Shown here: positions 32,063 to 41,636 of the stretch, piece by piece
How positions within the stretch are numbered: the first letter of the stretch is position 1
Layout of the letters: every line of letters starts with the position of its first letter
DNA from: Nostoc sp.
GTDB lineage: Bacteria; Cyanobacteriota; Cyanobacteriia; Cyanobacteriales; Nostocaceae
NCBI GenBank assembly: GCA_036918135.1
Contig: JBALDB010000007.1
Location: 320,001-384,000, forward strand
Length of the DNA: 64,000 nt
Direction: 5' to 3'
The notes under the pieces: model-generated
What the model was told of the DNA's origin: nothing
Databases searched by the model: none
Seen by the model: only the letters and a program-made list of their open reading frames with translations
Made by a program: the position numbers and the translations under genes

Positions 32063-32857
32063 TTATAAAGCTTTATCCCACTCTAACTGATGAGCTAAAC
32101 CATACTTGATAAAATCTTCTTCTTTAGCTTTATCGCTTTTACCAAAAACACCTAAGCTGTAAGGATTATCTTGCATACGTTGTGTGACTTGCTCTTTTTC
32201 AAATTGGATAACTTCTTCTCTAGATTTATCCGGTTTAAAAAAGTCTATAACCAATACAGTTCTGTCATAATTCGTGTAATTATGTGGACAGTGTGGATAG
32301 CTGTGATCTAAAACTAAAAATTTTCCTTCATGCCAATAAAGCTGCTCATGACATATTTTCATAGCCACATCTCCCTCTGGTACAATCAATCCTAAATAAC
32401 CACGATTCATATGAGGGTTATAGTTCACATGTAGCTTGATATCCAAGCCTGGATGGAATGTACCGAAATACACATTTCTGATGATTTCATCATCACTAAA
32501 GTTAACTTTTTCTATTACTTTAGCCAAATTTGAGAAATATTTTTTTCTTAATATAAGTGCTTTTTCTGAGGCATTATCTGCTCCGTAATCAGGATATTGT
32601 ATTTGATGGATTTGAATATATTTTTCGATAAAAAGACCTTGAAATAAAATACCAAAAGCACTGTATTTGGAATTTCCCTTCGTTTTAATTGTCTTATTTT
32701 TAGGGCCGAGAATATCGAAAGTAAATTTTAACTCCTCATTAGATGCATTTTTAACAAAATGTGTAAACTCATCCCTAATCACTTGCCAATTATCTTGAAA
32801 ACTTTTGAGAAAAGGAAATTGCTCTGGGTTTAGATGATATTCGTTAAACGTTTCCAT
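32063..32857 (-). CDS. Aspartyl/asparaginyl beta-hydroxylase-domain Fe(II)/2OG oxygenase
   Basis: NWQVIRDEF, PGLDIKLH, LGLIVPE, WHEGKFLVLDHSYPH, RTVLVIDF. AGGAGA RBS before ATG at 32857. Confidence 0.8.
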   Translation of the reverse strand: METFNEYHLNPEQFPFLKSFQDNWQVIRDEFTHFVKNASNEELKFTFDILGPKNKTIKTKGNSKYSAFGILFQGLFIEKYIQIHQIQYPDYGADNASEKALILRKKYFSNLAKVIEKVNFSDDEIIRNVYFGTFHPGLDIKLHVNYNPHMNRGYLGLIVPEGDVAMKICHEQLYWHEGKFLVLDHSYPHCPHNYTNYDRTVLVIDFFKPDKSREEVIQFEKEQVTQRMQDNPYSLGVFGKSDKAKEEDFIKYGLAHQLEWDKAL

Positions 32858-32974
32858 TGTCTTTTCTCCTGAAGATAATTTCATAAAAAACCGTTATATA
32901 ATGATGGGATTTGGTCTTCGTCCTGATTCGATGTTGGAATTCCGGACTATACTCATTTTAGTGTGAGGTCTACT

Positions 32975-34444
32975 GTGTCTGAAACTCCCGTATTAGATCG
33001 AGTTATCAAAAATGTGCAGGTAGTTCGTCCCCATCAAGATGCGATTGAACTACTTGATTTGGGAATTAAGGATGGAAAATTTGCTCAAATTGCTCCAAAT
33101 ATTAGTCCAGACACAGGTAAAGAGGTATTTGATGGCAAAAACTTGTTGGGCTTTCCTGGGGTTGTGGATGCCCATATGCACATTGGTATCTATCAACCCC
33201 TTGACAAAGATGCTGTAACTGAAAGCAAAGCAGCGGCAATGGGAGGCGTGACTACTAGCTTAAATTACATTCGTACAGGGCAATATTATCTCAATAAAGG
33301 TGGTTCTTATCAAGATTTTTTTCCAGAGGTGTTAGCGTTATCCGCAGGCAATTTTTTTGTAGATTACAGCTATCACGTTGCACCTATAGCTAGCCAGCAT
33401 ATCGAGGAAATACCTCTTTTGTTTGAGGAATACGGGATATCTTCGTTTAAAATCTTCATGTTTTATGGTGGATATGGGTTGCATGGTTTGTCAGACCAGC
33501 AAAACCTGTTTTTAATGATTAATAAAGAGGAACGTTACGATTTCGCCCATTTTGAGTTTATTATGCGTGGTCTAACTCGCTTGATGGCAGAACATCCAGA
33601 AGCGCGAGATACTATCAGTTTGAGTTTGCACTGCGAAGTTGCAGAAATTCTCAATGCCTATACCAAAATAGTTGAAAACGATTCTAGTCTTAGCGGACTA
33701 CACGCCTATAGTGCAGCACGTCCCCCTCATTCCGAAGGGTTAGCAATTTGCATTGCTGCTTATTTGGCACACGAAACTAACTGTGTAAATATTAATTTGT
33801 TGCACTTGAGTTCGCGTAAGGCAATGGAAGCAGCTTTGACTATGCAAACTGCTTTTCCTCATATTAATTTTCGGCGAGAGGTTACTGTCGGACATTTATT
33901 ATTAGATGTCGATACTCCCAACACAATTTGGGCAAAAGTAAATCCTCCTATCCGTCCCCGTGCTGATGTGGAATATTTATGGCAAGCAGTATTGAACCAT
34001 CAAGTAGATTGGATAGTTAGCGACCATGCTTGCTGTTCTGCGGAACAAAAAAGAAGTTCAAAAGAACCGAATAATATTTGGTTAGCGAAGTCTGGTTTTG
34101 GCGGTACAGAATATTTACTTTCTGGGGTGTTTAGTGAAGGTAGTAAGCGAGGGATGTCTTACAATCACATGGCTAAGTTGCTATCTTGGAACCCATCGCG
34201 GCGGTTTGGTTTGTTAGAGAAAGGCGATATTGCCATTGGCTATGATGCAGATTTGGTGTTAGTAGACCCTAATGAAACTTTTGTAGTAAGTGCGACTGAG
34301 TCGGAGTCACAACAAGGTTATACACCTTTTGAAGGAGTAGAGTTAACTGGACGGGTGAAGAGTACTTTTTTACGGGGAAATCTTATTTACAACAACGGAC
34401 AGGTTTTGGGTTCGCCAACTGGACGTTATTTAAAAAGAGCATAG
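32975..34444 (+). CDS. Cyclic amidohydrolase (allantoinase/dihydropyrimidinase/dihydroorotase family)
   Basis: PGVVDAHMH, AAAMGGVTT, SFKIFMFY, LHCE, KVNPPIR, SDHA, GYDADLVLVD. Confidence 0.9.
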   Translation: MSETPVLDRVIKNVQVVRPHQDAIELLDLGIKDGKFAQIAPNISPDTGKEVFDGKNLLGFPGVVDAHMHIGIYQPLDKDAVTESKAAAMGGVTTSLNYIRTGQYYLNKGGSYQDFFPEVLALSAGNFFVDYSYHVAPIASQHIEEIPLLFEEYGISSFKIFMFYGGYGLHGLSDQQNLFLMINKEERYDFAHFEFIMRGLTRLMAEHPEARDTISLSLHCEVAEILNAYTKIVENDSSLSGLHAYSAARPPHSEGLAICIAAYLAHETNCVNINLLHLSSRKAMEAALTMQTAFPHINFRREVTVGHLLLDVDTPNTIWAKVNPPIRPRADVEYLWQAVLNHQVDWIVSDHACCSAEQKRSSKEPNNIWLAKSGFGGTEYLLSGVFSEGSKRGMSYNHMAKLLSWNPSRRFGLLEKGDIAIGYDADLVLVDPNETFVVSATESESQQGYTPFEGVELTGRVKSTFLRGNLIYNNGQVLGSPTGRYLKRA

Positions 34445-34448
34445 AGTT

Positions 34449-35273
34449 TTAAACATTTGTATTATCCAGAAACTCTATAATTACCTTTGATATTTCTTCA
34501 GGTATTTGGTTCATCATGCAGATGGTTCCATCTGACAAATCTACAGCCTTAGCGTGAGGAATCGCTTGCGATAAAAAATATCGGTCTTTTGCCAGTGCTA
34601 AACCTAATTTCTGAAATTCTTCTACATCCTCAATTCCCCAAACTAAAAGTGTTGGACACTTAATTGAAGTAAACCTTTCTGCCGCATCCATGCAGTAATT
34701 CCCTACTGCCCAAACTGCGTATAAAGGATAGCCAAAGCATTTCAAATCATCTAAAACCCAACGATGATTCAAATCAGCAGAACCCACGTATCTGGAACGA
34801 GCTAACCATCTCTCCATTAGGTGAGAACCATCTTCTTTAATAACAAAACCTTGCTGAAATCGTCTCATTAAATCTGCTTTTCCAGCTTCACCAAAACCAG
34901 CGACATTAAACAAAATTAAATTATTCACCCGTTCCGGATAAGCTGCGGCCACTTCTCCAGAAACAAAAGCGCCCGTGTGGTTTCCCAAGATGTTTGTTTT
35001 TTTAATACCTAACTCGTCTAACAGGGCAATAACAGTTTTAGCGTAGTCCTCCACTGAATAAAGTTTTGGTGGTTTATCAGAATCACCAAAACCCATGAAA
35101 TCCATCGCTATCACGCGGTACTTTTTTATCAAAATAGACATTAATTCACGATATTCATCACTACTGCGGGGGTTCATATGCAGTAGTAACAAAGGCTCTC
35201 CTTCACCGCCGATACGATAAAGAATCTGTCCATCTTCAGTGTCTAAAAAAGCTCGCTTGATTGGTTTATTCAT
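34449..35273 (-). CDS. Alpha/beta-fold hydrolase with atypical catalytic motifs
   Basis: PLLLLH, DFMGFGDSDKP; the nucleophile elbow reads GNHTG. Confidence 0.85.
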   Translation of the reverse strand: MNKPIKRAFLDTEDGQILYRIGGEGEPLLLLHMNPRSSDEYRELMSILIKKYRVIAMDFMGFGDSDKPPKLYSVEDYAKTVIALLDELGIKKTNILGNHTGAFVSGEVAAAYPERVNNLILFNVAGFGEAGKADLMRRFQQGFVIKEDGSHLMERWLARSRYVGSADLNHRWVLDDLKCFGYPLYAVWAVGNYCMDAAERFTSIKCPTLLVWGIEDVEEFQKLGLALAKDRYFLSQAIPHAKAVDLSDGTICMMNQIPEEISKVIIEFLDNTNV

Positions 35274-35328
35274 AGTAGCCTGATAAATTTAGGATTTGTG
35301 TCAGTTTCCATTCAACTTCTTGAGCAAA

Positions 35329-35634
35329 TTACTTTTTCTGTGCTATATTTTGCAGCCATTCAATCAGAGGTCTTAATGTTCCTGGCAATGCTGCCTCGCT
35401 GACAGTCACCGTATGCTGCTTACCATTACCATTATCTTCCACTGTTAATTTATATTGAAAGCGATCGCTCTGGGGATTAGGCGAGGTAATTTGTTCGGGT
35501 AGCCTAAATAAATCAGCAGCTTCCACTAGTCTGTTAAGGGTGTTAGCTTCATTTGCTGGAAGTTGGGCTGTATCAACGGTTGTTTTCTTACTAATTCCAG
35601 CAAAGCCGCCTGTGCGTTCAAACGATATCCGCAT
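35329..35634 (-). CDS. Emfourin (protealysin inhibitor)
   Basis: MRISFERTGGFAG, DRFQYKLTVED, LRPLIEWL; directly downstream of an M4 peptidase. Confidence 0.88.
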   Translation of the reverse strand: MRISFERTGGFAGISKKTTVDTAQLPANEANTLNRLVEAADLFRLPEQITSPNPQSDRFQYKLTVEDNGNGKQHTVTVSEAALPGTLRPLIEWLQNIAQKK

Positions 35635-35805
35635 TTTTTTGCTGTTTGTTGTGTTATTTAGCTGGGAGAAATGCAAAGAATGAGAGATGAGAATTCTCAC
35701 CTCCCAGTTTAGCAACAACAAATAGCACAGCTAAAAGTAAACTTAGGAGTTAAAGTTTTTTCTCAACTCCTCACTCTTGTACAGACGCGATTAATCGCGT
35801 CTCTA

Positions 35806-36885
35806 CTAAATAACCCCTACCTTTTGCCAAGCGTTCTGCACGACTTTCTGCTCATTACTGTCATTACCGTAGAGTTCGCCAGCAATTTGAATCGTGACAT
35901 TGGCAGCTTTTTTAAAGTCTGCTTTGGCACGCAGGCGATCGCGTAAAGCTATGTACCATATTTTACCAACTTTTTCCCAGGCATAGCCGCCAATCTCACT
36001 AGCCGCTAAATAAAAGGCATAGTTAGGGATGCCTGAGTTGATATGTACCCCACCGTTATCATCAGTACCAGTATATTTATCTTTCATGTGGGCAGGTTGG
36101 GGGTCTTTACCCAGTACTGAATCATCGTATGCTGTTCCCGGTGCTTTCATCGAGCGGAGGGCAATACCTTTGACAGTTGGGGCCAAAAGACCTTCTCCAA
36201 TCAGCCAGTCTGCCTCTTGTGCAGTTTGATTTTTGACTTTTTGTTTGACCAACGAGCCAAAAACATCAGAAAAGGATTCATTTAATGCCCCTGATTCGCC
36301 ATAATACAGTAACCCCGCTTCATACTGAGTGACACCATGAGTTAGCTCGTGTCCAATTACATCAATTGATGCAGTAAAGCGTTGAAACAGTTCTCCGTCG
36401 CCATCACCATAAACCATTTGGTCGCCGTTCCAAAAGGCGTTATCGTATTTGACGCCATAATGCACGGTAGAGTCTAAACGCAGACCTTTGTCATCAACGG
36501 AATTGCGATCGAATATCTCATGAAACAAGTCATAAGTAGCACCAGCAGCATCATAAGCTTCATTTACTGCTATATCACTGCTGGGAGGATCTCCTTCAGC
36601 ACGTACTAGCGTGCCAGGAAGTTGCTGCCCACTTTTAGCATCGTAAATGGTGCGGCGCTTCTCACCCGGAGAAGGTGCAAACGAAATATTACCTACGATG
36701 TTTCTCCGTCCTAGAAATTGTGCCGAAATATTTAATGTGTGAAAAGCCCAACTCCGCTGCTGGGGATTTCCATTCACAACGACATTTTCCAGTATGTGTG
36801 GCGGAACAATACAACAAATTGGGCATCTAGAGTAAAGTGGATGCTCATGCTTAAACCGGGCTGATTTCTTTTTATTTCGAGCCAT
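35806..36885 (-). CDS. Protealysin-like M4 metallopeptidase
   Basis: Propeptide CCIVPPHIL, NAFWNG, HELTH, GALNESFSD, GGVHINSGIPN. Confidence 0.95.
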   Translation of the reverse strand: MARNKKKSARFKHEHPLYSRCPICCIVPPHILENVVVNGNPQQRSWAFHTLNISAQFLGRRNIVGNISFAPSPGEKRRTIYDAKSGQQLPGTLVRAEGDPPSSDIAVNEAYDAAGATYDLFHEIFDRNSVDDKGLRLDSTVHYGVKYDNAFWNGDQMVYGDGDGELFQRFTASIDVIGHELTHGVTQYEAGLLYYGESGALNESFSDVFGSLVKQKVKNQTAQEADWLIGEGLLAPTVKGIALRSMKAPGTAYDDSVLGKDPQPAHMKDKYTGTDDNGGVHINSGIPNYAFYLAASEIGGYAWEKVGKIWYIALRDRLRAKADFKKAANVTIQIAGELYGNDSNEQKVVQNAWQKVGVI

Positions 36886-37386
36886 CCAAGATATTCTCCT
36901 TTTGAAACTAAGTGATGGCAAGTGGCTTTAACCCCACTTTTGAAAAAAGCAGAAAAATGAATCCAAATCCTGTGCCCCTGGTGTCTTTTTGTTAGTAAAT
37001 TTTCTACTTTATATTTTCAGATAAGTCTGTTGAGTATACATAGTACCCTTATGGGGTACTTTTGCTAAAGAAACAAGTTCCTTGTCTAATCTCCTAAGTC
37101 AAGTTAAAAAGTTTCACTTAGCACTCAGAACTCTAAATTCCGCACTCTTTCTAGACCTAATGCGTTTATATAATAGTTCTTCTCAAGGAAAATAATATTA
37201 TTTATTGCCATTTTGTTACTATCTGACTTTTATTTGATTATTGCAAAGCTATGTAGAACTTGAAGAGTCTTGTTAACTGTTGCTTATTGCTTACCTATCC
37301 TAATTCACTCCGCGAAGCCCACTACGCAAATAAGTTCAAAAATTAAAGCTGATTGCTATATTATTACTTAAGATTTTGTAAATAAT

Positions 37387-37421
37387 AAAATTCCCGACTT
37401 CTTTAAAAAGTCAGGAATTTT
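37387..37421. terminator. Palindromic repeat / likely terminator after the methyltransferase
   Basis: AAAATTCC.GACTT-N-AAGTC.GGAATTTT. Confidence 0.5.
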
Positions 37422-37466
37422 AACTTTTTATTAATTCTAAATCTGGGCATCCAAAATCTAAAGTTT

Positions 37467-38183
37467 TTACAGCCAGCCACCAAACACGGTTAAACCGTAA
37501 TATTTCCAAGGTACTGCCACTGTCTTAAACCCAGCTGTAGTTAACATCTGTAAATGGGCATCTAAAGTAGCTACCTGGTTTTGACTGGAGTAACCTTGAG
37601 TACTACTGGTGCCGCGTTTAGCCCGAATCTCTGTCAAATTAATTCCTTCTTGAACTGCCCATTCCTCACGCGCCGCCTGGTAAACTTCTGCTAAGGCTGC
37701 TGATTCTGGTAAAGTAGGGTCTGCATTCCAAAAACAGCCGTCTTGAGTCAGACTAGCAGCAATTAGCTCAAATAACTTTAATTTCATCTCATCTTGGAGA
37801 TGATGAATTGCTAAGGATGAAACACAGCCATCAAATTCCCTACCAATATTAAACTTCTCAGGATTATTTGCCCAGTCACCGAAGTCTGCTTCTATACCAG
37901 TCCACCGTTGTTGATATCCTGCAGCTGCGATTTTCTCTTGGGCAAATCGTAGCATTCGAGGCGAGTAATCTAAGGCAATTACTTCAGTATCTGGACGACT
38001 ATTGAGTATTTTGAGACTGAGTTCGCCTGTACCACAACCTAATTCTAAAATACGCCGACTTGTCGAAGGCAGACAACGGTTAATTACCTCTAACATCTCA
38101 TCGTATCGCGGTAACAGTTGGCGAATACCTGTGTCAAAATCAGCAGTGTTAGCGAATACTTCTCCAGGAAATACATTTTGCAT
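37467..38183 (-). CDS. Class I SAM-dependent methyltransferase (CmoA-like)
   Basis: ILELGCGTG, LDYSPRML, SSLAIHHL. Confidence 0.9.
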   Translation of the reverse strand: MQNVFPGEVFANTADFDTGIRQLLPRYDEMLEVINRCLPSTSRRILELGCGTGELSLKILNSRPDTEVIALDYSPRMLRFAQEKIAAAGYQQRWTGIEADFGDWANNPEKFNIGREFDGCVSSLAIHHLQDEMKLKLFELIAASLTQDGCFWNADPTLPESAALAEVYQAAREEWAVQEGINLTEIRAKRGTSSTQGYSSQNQVATLDAHLQMLTTAGFKTVAVPWKYYGLTVFGGWL

Positions 38184-38214
38184 GAACCTATCCTACTAAA
38201 AAATAGCAAATCGA

Positions 38215-39926
38215 TTACAACACCTCAATCTGTTGAATAATCTGCATTGTTTCCACACTGACTGTGCAGACTCTTTGTAGTAAATCTATTACCTCTTCCT
38301 TGTAATCTGCAAAGCGATATGTATTGAATTTTTCAGCTATTGTAGGGTCTTTAGGTTTCTTCTCTTTATATTGATTTAAAATCCATTCTAAAGCACAACG
38401 GTTGCCAAGGCGATATTCCCAAGCAATTTTGGGGACACCTTCTAGAGTGGTAACATCATCTAAAATAATGGTTCCATTGGCTGCATCAGCTTTAAGTTTC
38501 GCCTTTGGTATCCTATTTGTAGCGAGAGGTAAATCAATTCGTTTTAAAGGATAGGGTTCGACAGTTTCATAATTAATATGCAAATCCATCAACTGTTTAC
38601 CCCAGTTAACCCATTGGTGAAAGTCATCATAGAAGGGTAGCCGGGGAAATTCTCGTTTTAGGTTGAGTTCGTATTTGGTGCGATATATGGGATTGTGCAA
38701 AACAGCGTAGGTGTAGTGAAAGATATCTAATTTGGTAATTGTCGAGTCCTTATAATGGGTTTGGAATTCTGCTAATCCCCAGTTAGTGATGTTGTCGGTG
38801 TGTTTTCCATCTTTGTCATAGCGGTAGAGTGGAAGACATTGAGAACCACCATTAGTTAAGACATCAGGTATATATTTAATACCAATACAAAAATCAGCCG
38901 CATCAACACCTGATTTTATCCAAATTGCCTTATTTTCAGAATTAAAAGTTGGAAAAATTTGAGGCAATTGATAAGTTCTTCCATTAAAATGCTTATCAAA
39001 ATAAAGATATTTTTTTATAAATGGTCTATATGTACTTGTAACTATCGAATATTCATTAAACTTTTGCTGATACCCAGCTCTAAATATCTGTTTAATTCCG
39101 CATTCCCCTTAATATCAAACCCCAATTCCTCAGAAGTTCTCCGTTTGCGCTCATATACATCTACAAAGAACTTCATCCGGTTTTCTAATTGCGACTTGGA
39201 AAAATCATACACCCATTCGTCACGTTGAGTTTTAACACCTGAAGAAAATAATTGAAATATTGCTTGCTTTCCTTGACCAGCTTTGACATCTTTACTGATA
39301 AGAGGAATAAGGCAATCAAAGTCATTATCCGATAAATTAATCCAGTTACTTTTTTCATCTGGATTAATGTGTAAAAATGAAATTTTCTCAAATGGTGTGC
39401 TAGCTAAGAAATTCAGCTTCGCTTCGGCTGAATCTTCTGCTACTTTTGTATAAAAAATTAGACAAGGAACTTTAGTTTTCCCTCGCTTCTTTACCATAAA
39501 GCTGATAGCTGTACCAACCTTTACTCCAAAAACACTGCCAGATTTATCTCCTGTGCGGATATTTCCACCTAAATCGATAATATAAATTTCGCTAAATTCA
39601 TCTGAAACAACTTTTCTAAATCCGTCAAATGTCTTACTATCGATAAACGAAGAATTAGTAATTAATGCCACTATACCATTTTGACTGAGGCGGTCTGATG
39701 CCCATCGCAGAAATCGCACATACATATCGTAAAGCACAATTTGATTTTGTGCTGTACCAAACTTGATGTATGTTTCCTTAATGCGCTTATCTATTTCTGG
39801 ATAGGCAAGATTTGCATTACGATCGTTAAAATTCTCTTGCTTGGCATTATATGGGGGATTGGCCATAATGACAGAAATATCAGTTTCATTTTGTTGCTTG
39901 ATTCTTTCTGTATTTTCTACACTCAA
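38215..39926 (-). pseudogene. Truncated, frameshifted type ISP / N6-adenine R-M methyltransferase-TRD gene
   Basis: MANPPY motif IV, LYDMYVRFLRWASDR, GVKTQRDEW; frame changes near 39062 into FNEYSIVTSTYRPF...CLPLYRY...IFHYTYAVLH...LKREFPR. Motif I and the N-terminal domains are absent. Confidence 0.85.
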
Positions 39927-40195
39927 TTGTATTTTTTGTATCTCTTAATAAACTTAGATAAATAAGATAATCAGAAACTAGAGGATGTTGAGTTATCTGA
40001 CTTTGTAACCACAATTTAGTTGGTTAAGCGATCGCTTTTACCTTGATGATGAAAGAAGCGAATCAGCATTGAAATTGTAATCAACTGACTTTTCACTAAC
40101 CTCCATCTTGTGTCAGTTGCGAACTTGACATCAAATGAACTAAGCTAGCTATAGCGCAAGGGGCTTCGCGCTGACAGTCTTTGGTTGGGCAAAAG

Positions 40196-41392
40196 ATGGA
40201 TTTTAGTCAGACTTTAATTGCAAAAAGTGATGCCATTGTCGATCGATGGGTAGAAGCAGTTTACGAAGATGAACAAATTGAGGCTACTCAAGAACTTACT
40301 TTCAACGCTGTACGGAATAGCTTACCCCGCATTTTGAAAGCATTAGGAACAGTACTTTCTGAATCTACAACCAGCGATTTACAGACAGTAGTAGATGCAA
40401 GTTTAGAACACGGTACACTTCGTGCAGAACAAGGATTTGAACCAGAGGAAATTGCGCGAGAGTATCGTTTACTCCGGTTTGTAATTTTTTCGTTTTTAGA
40501 AGAAGATTTATTGCAAGGATCTGCACAAGAAGTGCTAAGGGCTGTTCGCCTGATTGATACAGTAATTGATGAAGCGATCGCTCGATGCTTCAATAGTTAT
40601 ACTCAAGGACGATTACAAGAACTTAAACAACTCCAAAGTCAGTTGCGGTTGACTAACCAAGAGCTAACTCGTTTAGTTCGCGCTACTAAAGAAAACCTCT
40701 CTCATTTGGCTCACGAGTTGAAGACGCCTTTGACTTCAATCATCGGTTACGCAGACTTATTCCTGCGCCAGCAGCGTCAACAACCAGAACTCAAAGACAC
40801 CTATGCAAATCTTGAAAGTATCGAGCGAGTTCTCAAGAGTGGTAGACTTCTTGTCCGGTTGATTAACGATACTCTGGAAATTTCACGTTATGATGCCGGA
40901 CAGATGAAATTGCAGCCTGCTCAAACCGATGTGCGTAGTTTAATCAACTCTATTTTAGAGATGATTGAGCCACTAGCGGCTGCTAAAGAATTATCCTTGG
41001 TTGTTGAATGCGATCGCGCCCCAAGTCAAGTTAACACAGATCCTCTTCGGCTTCAGCAAATTCTGACAAATCTGCTGAGTAATGCAATTCGCTACACAGA
41101 ATCTGGTTCAATTCATTTGGAGTGCTGGACACTATCTCCACAGCAGTGGGCTATCTCCGTTACTGATAGTGGTATTGGTATTTCTTTGGATGCTCAAGCA
41201 AAAATCTTCAATCCCTATTTTCGTGAAGTAACCGAGCCAAAAGTGCAAAATTCTGATGGTACGGGGTTAGGTTTAGCAATAGTGTCCCGCTTGGTTCAAT
41301 TAATGCATGGTGAAATTAAAGTAGATTCACAGTTGGGCAAAGGGTCTACATTTACAGTCATTTTGCCATTAGAAGCGATTGCTCAGGTATAA
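40196..41392 (+). CDS. Sensor histidine kinase with an N-terminal RsbRD_N-like globin domain
   Basis: HG..RAEQGF...REYRLLR; H-box LAHELKTPL; N-box NLLSNAIRY; DSGIG; GTGLGL. Confidence 0.92.
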   Translation: MDFSQTLIAKSDAIVDRWVEAVYEDEQIEATQELTFNAVRNSLPRILKALGTVLSESTTSDLQTVVDASLEHGTLRAEQGFEPEEIAREYRLLRFVIFSFLEEDLLQGSAQEVLRAVRLIDTVIDEAIARCFNSYTQGRLQELKQLQSQLRLTNQELTRLVRATKENLSHLAHELKTPLTSIIGYADLFLRQQRQQPELKDTYANLESIERVLKSGRLLVRLINDTLEISRYDAGQMKLQPAQTDVRSLINSILEMIEPLAAAKELSLVVECDRAPSQVNTDPLRLQQILTNLLSNAIRYTESGSIHLECWTLSPQQWAISVTDSGIGISLDAQAKIFNPYFREVTEPKVQNSDGTGLGLAIVSRLVQLMHGEIKVDSQLGKGSTFTVILPLEAIAQV

Positions 41393-41411
41393 TTGTCGCT
41401 TTGGGGGAATT

Positions 41412-41541
41412 TATAGCAGGAGGCACGATAGCGCAGCGTTAGCGAGTCTGCGAGCGTCGGCAGAAGGCAGGAGGTAAAACTATTGCTGTTCCTAACATTC
41501 ACGCTTGTGATTATGTCCTAAAGGGTGTGACTACGGCTATA
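41412..41541. mobile_element. MITE-like element, family A, copy 2 (with an internal GC-rich small repeat)
   Basis: TATAGC...GCTATA ends; matches 8908-9017 plus an extra segment at about 41424-41458. Confidence 0.65.
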
Positions 41542-41636
41542 AAACTTAAGAGTAAAATCGCAATTTAAAGTAGTGCGTTAAAGTAATGTAACGCACCCTA
41601 TCAATTATAGGAACATACTATAATTTTCTACTCTTA

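Noticed and set aside
32941..32946. TCCGGA as a heterocyst DIF1 promoter motif
   Set aside because: A single hexamer with no TSS information is expected by chance.
35329..36885. Protease plus small downstream gene as a new system
   Set aside because: Matches the described protealysin-emfourin pair.
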